64,000 nt of DNA from Vitrella brassicaformis CCMP3155 (Eukaryota > Protista > Chromerida). The notes beneath the pieces are model-generated. The model saw only the letters and a list, made by a program, of their open reading frames with translations, was not told where the DNA came from and searched no databases. A program made the position numbers and the translations under genes. Positions 50,453-62,272 of the stretch are shown here, piece after piece; position 1 is the stretch's first letter, and each line of letters starts with the position of its first letter. The stretch spans positions 186,001 through 250,000 of the forward strand of contig CDMY01000791.1 of assembly GCA_001179505.1 (NCBI GenBank). The letters are read 5' to 3'.

Positions 50453-53400
50453 CCCTGGTGCACTGCAGGTGCCTCCCTCCCTCCCCCCTCCCCCCTCCCA
50501 CGCCACTGGTGCCGTTGTCAGTCATTTCCCTCTGGCCTTTGCACGACGACAGGTGGGCAGACTGACTGACAGACACAGACAGACAGGGAGGGCTGAGGGG
50601 GGGCGAGTAGCTGACAAATACACGCATCCATCCATCCATCCATCCATCAGTCAGTCAGTGTGGGTCCTTCACTGGTGCACGTGAACATCGGATCGGTCGC
50701 CGAGGGCAAACACACTTAAACCATTGCTGGCAAAGCAGCATAGGGAGGGAGGGAGGGAAGCCATACATCCACAGGTCGTGTGAGTGACTGACTGAGTGAG
50801 TGAATGGCAAGTCGTCCTATCGACAGATGATTGGGGCCGCCGCCGTCGGCAGAAAGACGGCGACCCCTCAGCCCGACACAAATAACACGACAGACAGCAA
50901 GGAAGCGGCAAGAACGGATCAAAACTTGGCTGCCTGGCGTCTGTCCAGGTCATGAGGCAGCTGGCCTGGACGACCTGTGTGTGTGTGGTGAGATGGATGA
51001 GCAACAAACAAATACATCCGGTGGGTGGGAGTATAGCAGAGTGTTCATACAGACAGACAGCCACACTGACACACACAGCTGGCGGCACANNNNNNNNNNN
51101 NNNNNNNNNNNNNNNNNNNNNNNNNNNNNNNNNNNNNNNNNNNNNNNNNNNNNNNNNNNNNNNNNNNNNNNNNNNNNNNNNNNNNNNNNNNNNNNNNNNN
51201 NNNNNNNNNNNNNNNNNNNNNNNNNNNNNNNNNNNNNNNNNNNNNNNNNNNNNNNNNNNNNNNNNNNNNNNNNNNNNNNNNNNNNNNNNNNNNNNNNNNN
51301 NNNNNNNNNNNNNNNNNNNNNNNNNNNNNNNNNNNNNNNNNNNNNNNNNNNNNNNNNNNNNNNNNNNNNNNNNNNNNNNNNNNNNNNNNTCCCTGGTGCA
51401 CTGCAGGTGCCTCCCTCCCTCCCCCCTCCCCCCTCCCACGCCACTGGTGCCGTTGTCAGTCATTTCCCTCTGGCCTTTGCACGACGACAGGTGGGCAGAC
51501 TGACTGACAGACACAGACAGACAGGGAGGGCTGAGGGGGGGCGAGTAGCTGACAAATACACGCATCCATCCATCCATCCATCCATCAGTCAGTCAGTGTG
51601 GGTCCTTCACTGGTGCACGTGAACATCGGATCGGTCGCCGAGGGCAAACACACTTAAACCATTGCTGGCAAAGCAGCATAGGGAGGGAGGGAGGGAAGCC
51701 ATACATCCACAGGTCGTGTGAGTGACTGACTGAGTGAGTGAATGGCAAGTCGTCCTATCGACAGATGATTGGGGCCGCCGCCGTCGGCAGAAAGACGGCG
51801 ACCCCTCAGCCCGACACAAATAACACGACAGACAGCAAGGAAGCGGCAAGAACGGATCAAAACTTGGCTGCCTGGCGTCTGTCCAGGTCATGAGGCAGCT
51901 GGCCTGGACGACCTGTGTGTGTGTGGTGAGATGGATGAGCAACAAACAAATACATCCGGTGGGTGGGAGTATAGCAGAGTGTTCATACAGACAGACAGCC
52001 ACACTGACACACACAGCTGGCGGCACAAACAGGGGTATCTGTCTGTCTGTCTGTCTGTGTCGGCACATTCGGCCGCCCCGTCGCCCTTTGTTGTGGGGGC
52101 CCGCCAGTGCGTGAGTGCTCAGGCAGACAGGCAACGAAGGCTGTGGTGCGTACACACCCAGACAGACAGACAGACAGACAGGTTTGTATGCATGTCCGTG
52201 AAGCGCATCCACACACTTGTACAGACAGACGGCTGGTGCCACTTCGCCTGTGGGTCGGGGGCACGTGCACTCGCTGGCTGCCTCGGCGGGGGATGTGTGT
52301 ATGCTCAGAGGTACATGAGATGTTGGAAAACGGGACAGAGGCCGTCCGATCGATCGATTGACATGATGGGATCTCTCTCTCTCGCTCGCTTCACTCTGTC
52401 CTCGAGACCCCCCACAACAGCCAGCCACACCAGCCAGCCAGCCAGCCACACCAGCCAGCCAGCCTCCCATCGGTTGTGTATGAATCGACCAGCCTGTCAG
52501 CAACGGCACTGTACTGCCGGCACGACCGACCAGTATCGGTGCGCATCTGTGGACCAGCCAATACGATCCACATCCATCCATCCAGCCATCCATTCATCCA
52601 TCGGCCACAGCAACAAGGCACANNNNNNNNNNNNNNNNNNNNNNNNNNNNNNNNNNNNNNNNNNNNNNNNNNNNNNNNNNNNNNNNNNNNNNNNNNNNNN
52701 NNNNNNNNNNNNNNNNNNNNNNNNNNNNNNNNNNNNNNNNNNNNNNNNNNNNNNNNNNNNNNNNNNNNNNNNNNNNNNNNNNNNNNNNNNNNNNNNNNNN
52801 NNNNNNNNNNNNNNNNNNNNNNNNNNNNNNNNNNNNNNNNNNNNNNNNNNNNNNNNNNNNNNNNNNNNNNNNNNNNNNNNNNNNNNNNNNNNNNNNNNNN
52901 NNNNNNNNNNNNNNNNNNNNNNGGATCAAAACTTGGCTGCCTGGCGTCTGTCCAGGTCATGAGGCAGCTGGCCTGGACGACCTGTGTGTGTGTGGTGAGA
53001 TGGATGAGCAACAAACAAATACATCCGGTGGGTGGGAGTATAGCAGAGTGTTCATACAGACAGACAGCCACACTGACACACACAGCTGGCGGCACAAACA
53101 GGGGTATCTGTCTGTCTGCCTGTGTCGGCACATTCGGCCGCCCCGTCGCCCTTTGTTGTGGGGGCCCGCCAGTGCGTGAGTGCTCAGGCAGACAGGCAAC
53201 GAAGGCTGTGGTGCGTACACACCCAGACAGACAGACAGACAGGTTTGTATGCATGTCCGTGAAGCGCATCCACACACTTGTACAGACAGACGGCTGGTGC
53301 CACTTCGCCTGTGGGTCGGGGGCACGTGCACTCGCTGGCTGCCTCGGCGGGGGATGTGTGTATGCTCAGAGGTACATGAGATGTTGGAAAACGGGACAGA

Positions 53401-53700
53401 GGCCGTCCGATCGATCGATTGACATGATGGGATCTCTCTCTCTCGCTCGCTTCACTCTGTCCTCGAGACCCCCCACAACAGCCAGCCACACCAGCCAGCC
53501 AGCCAGCCACACCAGCCAGCCAGCCTCCCATCGGTTGTGTATGAATCGACCAGCCTGTCAGCAACGGCACTGTACTGCCGGCACGACCGACCAGTATCGG
53601 TGCGCATCTGTGGACCAGCCAATACGATCCACATCCATCCATCCAGCCATCCATTCATCCATCGGCCACAGCAACAAGGCACACACGGACGCCAAATCAG
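50453..53700. repeat. Microsatellite-rich block present in overlapping near-identical copies on both sides of N gaps (probable assembly redundancy)
   Basis: 50453-51089 repeats at 51391-52027; 51856-52622 repeats from 52923; each copy ends or begins at a 300-N gap. Confidence 0.75.
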
Positions 53701-54059
53701 ACAGAAGGGCCACAAGAGAGAGACGGCAAGGAAGTCGGTCAAGGGACGGTAACTGGGTGGGTGAGTGAGTGTGTGTGGAGGTATGTACACCCGGGGCGAG
53801 GAAAGGCAAGCCAGCCAGGGAGGGAGGGGAGAGAGAGAGGTTTCTGTCTGTCTGTCTGCCAGTCAGTCCATCGCACCATCATCGTCCCTCTCCCCGCCCG
53901 CAGACAAACCACCCAACCCAGTGCTCCTCCCCTCTCTCCTCCTCCCCTCCCCTCCAGCAGCACCAAACGAAACAGCCAGCCAGCGAGTCAGTCAGTCAGT
54001 GAGGCCACCCACACACGTCACTTGTACGGATCAATGGATAGATGGGTGTGATGCATCTG

Positions 54060-56364
54060 AGTGAGTGAGTGAGTGAGTGTATCAGCCGGTGGCAGAATGG
54101 TCCTCCCCCCCGCCGGCAACCCAGGACCACTCGCCGCTCCCAGAGGCAGCAGCTGGAGAGGGAAGGCAGAGGACACAAGCCAACCATCCACCGATGGATA
54201 ACGGCTGACTGACGTGAGTGACTGCAGCGCCTCCCTCCCTCCCTCTCTCCTTACCGGCAGCCGCAGCGCTCGCCGACGGCTCGCCGGTCTCCTCAGCCCC
54301 AGCCGCGCCGTCACTGCCGCCTGGGCCGACGCCCCCGCGGGCCTGCCAGTCTGATGATGGACGAAGGCCAACCAACCAACACAACACAACACATCAGTGG
54401 TCGGATGGCTGGCAGTGAGTGGTTCCATCCCTCAGTCCGTTCGTACCGTCCTGGAGGGTCTGCTGGATGGCGAGCTTGTCCTCATCGACGCCCCCCGGGG
54501 CCGCCTCAACTGAAGGGCAGAAAGCGAAGCGCACATAGAGCGGGGAGACAGACAACCAGACGGATCCACACGTGTGGGTGGGTGTGGGTGTGGGGTCTGT
54601 CGGTGCAATGCGGTTCCTCTTACGCGCGAGCTGGCTGTCACGGCTCTCGCAGGCGCGACCATGTGCTTTCCTCCGCAGCTCTTCTACCAGCTCGGCACGC
54701 GCTGCCTTGTCCACAGATCTCCCCCTCACAATCGACACGTGATACTGCTCCAGCAGGATCCGCACCAACTGCTCCTTGGCCACAAGCAGCTTGGAGGGGT
54801 CGCGATCCTCAGGCCTCAGCTGGAGCAGCACATCACACAGAACCCGCACAGCCTGCCGGAGGGCCGGCGAACAGCTGGCTGCATCGTTGTGGATGGTGGT
54901 CTTCAGTTTGTTGAGGCGCCCCCGGAGGAAGCCCAGCACTGTGCCTCGTGGTCCGCCTTCTTGTTCTGCCGCTCCCACAGTCCGTCATCAAAGGACTTCT
55001 TGATCTTGAAGGACTTTGCCATCCTGCCAAGCAAACCATCGCTGCCCCCACCCCCCGTGGCCGCACTCGACGCAGCACCCGACGCACCTGCTGCCCTCTT
55101 TGCTGAGTTCCGCGACCTCTTGTCGTCTTTTTTGGTCTGCGGCACGGCTTTCTTCTTGGACAGGGCCTTGATATCGAGAATCACCTTGTCGCTCCACGGG
55201 TGGGCGTCCCTGTTGTAGTTGCGGCGCTTCCGAACGAGCAGGACAGCAAGGGCAGGGGCCAGGGAGTAGACATCGCTGGCGCCGCAGTAGCCCCTGAAGC
55301 CCCACTGGGTCAGCAGTGAGTTCATGGTCTCCTGATGCCGCAGGCAAAGCTCCTCATCCTCCCAGCTCTGATCCACCGCCTTCCGCATCAGGAAGGCCTC
55401 TGGCGCCATCGAATTGCGTTTGCCGAAGCCCTCATTATTGTCCCATCGCTTCCACTCGATGGTCTTGCTGCCGGGCTGGTCCAGGATCTCGTCCTCGGGC
55501 TCCCACCCTGCGTACCCTTCCAGCTCAATCACCACCAAGCTCAGCACAGGCAAGGAGATCTGTGTGGCCGCCGGGGCGGATGACGCTCCTCCCGCGGCGA
55601 GTGCCCGCTGCTCCGACTCAGCAGCAGGGGCATCAGCAGCAGTAGGCTCCTCGTTGGTCCCAGCTGCCTCGCTGCGGGGCGACGGCTCGGTGACGACTGA
55701 CTTGGAGGGGGCCGTAGTGCCTTGCTGGGCGGCTCGGGGGTCGACAGAGGGCGCCTCGATGCCTTCCTCCTCTGCGGCCTCTGACGGGCCGGGCAATGGT
55801 GGCGACTCCTTGGTGGCCGCGGGCCCCTCTCTCTCGGGCAACGCCGCCTCAGCAACCACCCCCCCCTCCCCGCCAGCCGCGGGCTCGTCTCGCCCACTGC
55901 TGCCGCCACCACGTGCCCCATGCCGCACACCTCCCTCGAGCGTCAGAGGGGCGGCCTGGTGTCCATCGCCCCTCTCAGCCACGCCGTCGGTGCCGGCGGT
56001 GGTGCGCCCAGACCTGACGCCAGCGATGTGGCCGACGTGCAGCTGTGGTCCATGTTGGCCAACAGCCGGTGATGCTGCTGCTGTTGCGAGTGAAGGGGGG
56101 CTGGGGAGGATGCCATGTCAATGGATGAGGGCGGGGCGTCACGCGAAATCGGCTGCCAGCATAAGCAACAAAGGAAATGTTTTTGAGTGGATGGATGAAT
56201 GGGCATAGCAGCTCACCTTTGGCAGTGCGGTGGGCGGCATGGGCTGGCTCTCCTTCACCTCGCTGCCCATCGCCATGTCACTGGACGACTCGCCTGAAGC
56301 AAACAAACAACGCATAGACATCTTGGCATACATCATCATCTCTCCCATACCAGGTTGTGGGTCC
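54060..56364 (-). CDS. Lineage-specific family protein (5' end in gap); long exon 54394-55982
   Basis: Long open frames with APEAFLMR, TQWGFRGYCGASDVYSLAP, LLQLRPEDRDPSKLL motifs shared with 28740-29400. Confidence 0.5.
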
Positions 56365-56664
56365 NNNNNNNNNNNNNNNNNNNNNNNNNNNNNNNNNNNN
56401 NNNNNNNNNNNNNNNNNNNNNNNNNNNNNNNNNNNNNNNNNNNNNNNNNNNNNNNNNNNNNNNNNNNNNNNNNNNNNNNNNNNNNNNNNNNNNNNNNNNN
56501 NNNNNNNNNNNNNNNNNNNNNNNNNNNNNNNNNNNNNNNNNNNNNNNNNNNNNNNNNNNNNNNNNNNNNNNNNNNNNNNNNNNNNNNNNNNNNNNNNNNN
56601 NNNNNNNNNNNNNNNNNNNNNNNNNNNNNNNNNNNNNNNNNNNNNNNNNNNNNNNNNNNNNNNN

Positions 56665-58560
56665 CACAGGTCGTGTGAGTGACTGACTGAGTGAGTGAAT
56701 GGCAAGTCGTCCTATCGACAGATGATTGGGGCCGCCGCCGTCGGCAGAAAGACGGCGACCCCTCAGCCCGACACAAATAACACGACAGACAGCAAGGAAG
56801 CGGCAAGAACGGATCAAAACTTGGCTGCCTGGCGTCTGTCCAGGTCATGAGGCAGCTGGCCTGGACGACCTGTGTGTGTGTGGTGAGATGGATGAGCAAC
56901 AAACAAATACATCCGGTGGGTGGGAGTATAGCAGAGTGTTCATACAGACAGACAGCCACACTGACACACACAGCTGGCGGCACAAACAGGGGTATCTGTC
57001 TGTCTGCCTGTGTCGGCACATTCGGCCGCCCCGTCGCCCTTTGTTGTGGGGGCCCGCCAGTGAGTGAGTGCTCAGGCAGACAGGCAACGAAGGCTGTGGT
57101 GCGTACACACCCAGACAGACAGACAGACAGGTTTGTATGCATGTCCGTGAAGCGCATCCACACACTTGTACAGACAGACGGCTGGTGCCACTTCGCCTGT
57201 GGGTCGGGGGCACGTGCACTCGCTGGCTGCCTCGGCGGGGGATGTGTGTGTGCTCAGAGGGACATGAGATGTTGGAAAACGGGACAGAGGCCGTCCGATC
57301 GATCGATTGACATGATGGGATCTCTCTCGCTCGCTCGCTTCACTCTGTCCTCGAGACCCCCCACAACAGCCAGCCACACCAGCCAGCCAGCCACCCCAGC
57401 CAGCCAGCCAGCCTCCCATCGGTTGTGTATGAATCGACCAGCCTGCCAGCAACGGCACTGTACTGCTGGCACGACCGACCAGTATCGGTGCGCATCTGTG
57501 GACCAGCCAATACGATCCACATCCATCCATCCATCCAGCCATCGGCCACAGCAACAGGGCACACACGGACGCCAAATCAGACAGAAGGGCCACAACAGAC
57601 GGCAAGGAAGTCGGTCAAGGTACGCTAAGTCGGTGGCTGAGTGAGTGAGTGAGTGTGTGTGCAGGTATGTACAGCCAGGGCGAGGAAAGGCAAGCCACCC
57701 AGGGAGGGAGGGCAGAAAGAGAGGTTTCTGTCTGTCTGTCTGTCTGCCTGTCTGTCTGTCAGTCCACCGCATCGTCCCCCCCTGCCCGCAGACAAACCAC
57801 CCAACCCAGTGCTCCTCCCCTCCCCGCCAGCAGCACCAAACGAAACAGCCAGCCAGCGAGTCAGTCAGTCAGTGAGGCCATCCACACACGCCACGAGTAC
57901 GGATCAATGGATGGGCCTGATGCATCTGAGTGAGTGTGTGTGTGTGTGTATCAGCCGGTGGCGTCCTGGTCCTCCTCGAAGTCTCACACCTCCTCCAGCG
58001 GGGGCAGGCCATCGTCGTCACGCACGGACCACTCGCCGCTCCCAGAGGCAGCAGCTGGAGGGGGAAGGCAGAGGACACAAGCCAACCATCCACCGATGGA
58101 TGACGGCTGACTGACGTGGGTTACTGCAGCGCCTCCCTCCCTCCCTCTCTCCTTACCGGCAGCCGCAGCGCTCGCCGATGGCTTGCCGGTCTCCTCAGCC
58201 TCAGCCGCGCCGTCACTGTCGCCTGGGCCGACGCCCCCCCGGGCCTGGCAGTCTGATCATGGACGAAGGCCAACCAACCAACACAACACAACACATCAGT
58301 GGTCGGATGGCTGGCAGTGAGTGGTTCCATCCCTTTGTCCGTTCGTACCGTCCTGGAGGGTCTGCTGGATGGCGAGCTTGTCCTCATCGACGCCCCCCGG
58401 GGCCGCCTCAACTGAAGGGCAGAAAGCGAAGCGCACATAGAGCGGGTAGACAGACAACCAGACGGATCCACACGTGTGGGTGGGTGTGGGTGTGGGGTCT
58501 GTCGGTGCAATGCGGTTCCTCTTACGCGCGACTTGGCTGTCACGGCTCGCGCTGCGACTG
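56665..58560. repeat. Diverged direct duplicate of about 51710-54700, including 3' exons of the minus-strand genes
   Basis: Colinear similarity with substitutions and indels (e.g. 57930-58560 vs 54040-54650), so not only an assembly overlap. Confidence 0.8.
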
Positions 58561-61500
58561 GTGGATGACCCGCCTGGCGGACGAAAGTGACACGGGTGTG
58601 CACTGCACATGCCATACATGCGTGTGTGTACATCTGTATGTTCTCACTCTGGCCAGACGAGCCCGACTGCTCCCTCTCCTCCTTCTGGCCCTCACTCTGG
58701 CCAGACGAGCCCGACTGCTTCCTCGCATCCTTCTGGTTCTCCACCTCCAGCTTGATGGCCTTCAGGTCTGGACCCCACACCTACACATACATGCATTCAC
58801 ACATCACATCAGACACGTGCACGGATCGCGTGGGTACTGATGTCACATCACTGACCTCGACGTCGGTGACGTGAGCGGTCAGGGAGCAGTAGGCCTCCCC
58901 CTCCTGCTGCCTCTTGCTCGCCGCCTGCTTCCTTCGCACAGCATCGTCCTCACCAGCGGGCTCCTCAGCAGCAGCCACCGTACTGTCGGCCTCGTCCGGA
59001 CAAGTCAGAGCGAGTTGCTCGAGCATGAGGATGATCTGCGTGGTCAGCAGGGGGCTGAAAGAGGCACCCTTACCCTGTTCCACCAGACGGAGAACAAACA
59101 GGATGGTCTCATCTATGGTGTCTGTCTGTCTGTCTGTCTGGTGTCTGGTCTGGTGCGTGTCGTCCGCAGACCTACCGCTGAGGAGTCGTCCGCACCGGCG
59201 GCGGCCGACTGCTGAAGGTCCACAGAGAACAGCAGGCACAGGCATGTGTGTGACCTTGAATCAGTCAATAGACTGTGTGCTCTCATCCGTGCGGTTACGT
59301 GTACCTCCTTCTGCGCCTCCTGATTCGATTGGGCAGGACAGACACACCAAACAGCCGACATACCAATGGGAGTCTGTGCGTCGGGCTGTGCGCGTGCTGT
59401 GCATCCATACCTTGAGCTCCCTCTCGGCCATTGTCAAGGCGCCCTCCCAGTTGTTAGGCCTCAGTGCCGCGCTATACGACCGCCGCGTGCCCCCGTTGCT
59501 GTCCTGGGTGTCCAGCTGGATGCGCTGGGGCTGCACCTTCAAGTGCATGACACCGCCGCCGAGCAGCGTGCCGTCGATGTAGCCGCCCCTGCTGAAGGTG
59601 ATGACCAGCATGTTCTGATGCGGGTAAGGCTGGACCCGCTCGACGTGGACGTCGTTGACCTCATTGGCGCGATGAAAGCGCTCTCGCACGGCTCGCCTGC
59701 GCAGGCCCTTAGAGATGGACTTGCCCCAGCCCACCTCAGCTTTGTATGTGGACCACTCGAAGATGCCGTATGCGGGGGGGGCGTTGGCGTAATTGGCGTA
59801 CGTCTGGTGGAGGGGGAGGATCCTGGTGGTGCAGAGGTGGGGGGTGAGGGCGTAGGTGGACTTTCGGGCCGTGCTGAGCAGAGTGGTGGTGCTGGTCCTG
59901 AGGGCGGAGAGGTTCTCCTGCATGACGTGGTGGGGGCCCTTGGTCTGCTTGTACTCCTGGTAAGCGGAACCCAGCTGGTCCACCGCTGAACAAACACGCA
60001 CACACGCACAGCACAGCACAGCACAGCACACCACACCACACACACATCAGTGACCGACACACCACCAATGCTGCATGACCTCCCCCCTCCTGGCATACCG
60101 GCGACTGTCTGCTCGACTTGGCGATAGATCTGCAGTGCTCTTGCCGGCCCTCTCAGCAGCACGATGGCCTTCCTTACCGCGGATGAGGACAACGCCGTCG
60201 GAATCCTCAAGGCTTTGAAGAAATGTGGCGGTTGGTCCTCGAGGTCGACCTCGTCGATCACCATCGCCTCTGGGCTCTCTTCCACCCCGCACCGCCCATA
60301 CTCGGCTTCCGTCATGCGATTCAGGGCAGTGAGAGACTCGGTGAGGTTGTCGATGTGGTAGGAAAAGATCTGGAAGTTCTGCCCCTTCCCGGGCGCGTCG
60401 TCCCCTGTGTCGAGCCAGGCTGTGATGCCATCCACTGTGGGGGGGCGGCTGCCCCACCAGAGGGACAGGTACAGCTGCCGCCTCTGGTCCGCCACCCGCT
60501 CATCGGCCCTCTCCAAGACATAGTCGGGCTCGTCGGGGTAGTGGCGGTTGAGGAACGCCAGTTGCTTGTCCCTGAATGCCTCCAGCGACGTGTCGACAGT
60601 GTCGAGGTCCGACAGGCGCACCACGGTGGCATGCACAGGGATGCCGCATCCCCGCACCTGGCTGTAGAGGACGCTCACGCTCACGTCGGTGACCACCGAC
60701 GGTGCAGGGACCACCAGGATGGTGGTTTGCGGGTGCTTGAAGAGGTTGGCGATCGCCCTCACGTCGTCTGTCCCGACCTTGGCGAAGTCGGAGCGGCTGC
60801 TGCCGAACTCGTAGAGCTGGGGGAGGCACAGGCCGTACTGGTATGAGAAGCGGCCGTTCTCGAGTGCGATGGGGTCGAGTTGGATGTTGCGCGGGAAGAT
60901 GAGACTCCTGTCCTCCAGCATGAGCAGCACGCACTCCTCCTCTAGGAGACCCCCCTGTTGCGGCCCACAGCACGCCCATGCAGCTCGTCCCTAGCACCGA
61001 GCTCGCGGGGATCGTTGTTCGACGACCTGACCCATCGCCCCAGCAGGATCGTCCGGTTGTCCTTCTCCTCGCGCAGATGCGCGAACAAGGCGTCGCGCGC
61101 GCGCCGTGTAGCGAGGGGCTCGAGGTCGACGCTGGCAGGGAAGAGGATGGCGCCGAACGCGTCTGGGACGCCCTTGATGGACGAGCAGGACTCGAGGACC
61201 TCCTTGTCGGTATCCGCAAGGGGGCCCTTGAGTGCCCCCGCCAGAAAGACAAGCCTCTTCTCCACGTGGTTCCTCAAGCGCCGGTGGCTACCGAACGCCT
61301 CACCGCTGATGAACCGCCGCAGCCCGTCAGGTGTCATCTTCTTCACCCCTGCCGCATCCACGCAGAGCACCAGGTGCTCCACCTCGATCATCTTCTGACA
61401 GTCCTTGCTCTTGATCGCCGCGACGTCGTCATGCATGTTGATGGTGTGCTGGACCGCTTTCTCCACGTCCATCACGCCATCGCCGATGACCTGCTCGGCG

Positions 61501-61646
61501 TTGTACACGAGCAGTGTGTCGGGGCTGCAAAGAACCTTCCGGAATAACTGGCAATCCTTGGTGAGGGCGTATGGGTCGGTCTGGGTAGCGGCGGCAGCGG
61601 CATGGCTGGTGGACGGCGGCGAAGAGGACAAGGCGCTGGGCTTCAT
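57940..61646 (-). CDS. Large multi-exon protein of unknown function; frame break or short intron near 60940-61010
   Basis: Consecutive long ORFs 60942-61646, about 60070-60930 and 59410-59990 with coding-like composition, then short exons ending in the module shared with the 54 kb gene. Confidence 0.55.
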
Positions 61647-62272
61647 GGCTGGCGATGATCACCCGCACCTGACCGAACACACACGAAGGAATCACCCGCT
61701 GCAGGTGCACAGTGTCTTTGGCGTGTGAAGCTCTTAGTGTCTCACCTTGTCAGCGTGGCGGACGACGTTGGCTGCGCCGCAGAAGACGCCACACGACCGA
61801 AAACACTGCCTGAGGGCACATCAGAGAGGCAGAAGACACATCCAGTGCGCATGCATCCTCCCCTTTCGCCAACTGTGCACTCACGCGCTTACCGGACAGC
61901 GGAGGTCCTCCGGCAGCGCCGCCCCTCCTCTCCCGAGTCGCCTCTCACACCGACTGCCTGGAAGGCGCTGAGGAGATCTTCTGACCTACAGGTCAGAGAT
62001 CAGTGAAACCTGACGCCTGGCAGACAGGCATGAGCACAGCGAGACCCTTGAACGCCTCAATGCGACAGCCTGCGAGCTGCAGCAGCGGTTTCAGGGAGCA
62101 CCCTAGGTGGCCTGACGGCCAAGTCCCCTGTCGGTCTGTCCAACAGCCTGCGAGCTTAGCTGCGCGCTTTGGAAAGGTGAAGGCAGCGATGAGCTTTGCT
62201 GTCGGCTGTGGCAAAGTGTGTGTTGGCGGGAGTTGAGTCGGGTATGGCTTGATTGAGTTGTGCATGCCGGCC

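Noticed and set aside
50453-53700. Apparent about 0.9-1 kb tandem repeat array or satellite
   Set aside because: Copies are near-identical, overlap in register and each abuts a 300-N placeholder gap, which is most consistent with redundant contig ends. Only the 56665-58560 copy is clearly diverged.
54340-54370. Hammerhead-like CTGATGA core (also near 42745)
   Set aside because: No GAAA core or three flanking stems; the site coincides with a probable splice acceptor on the minus strand.
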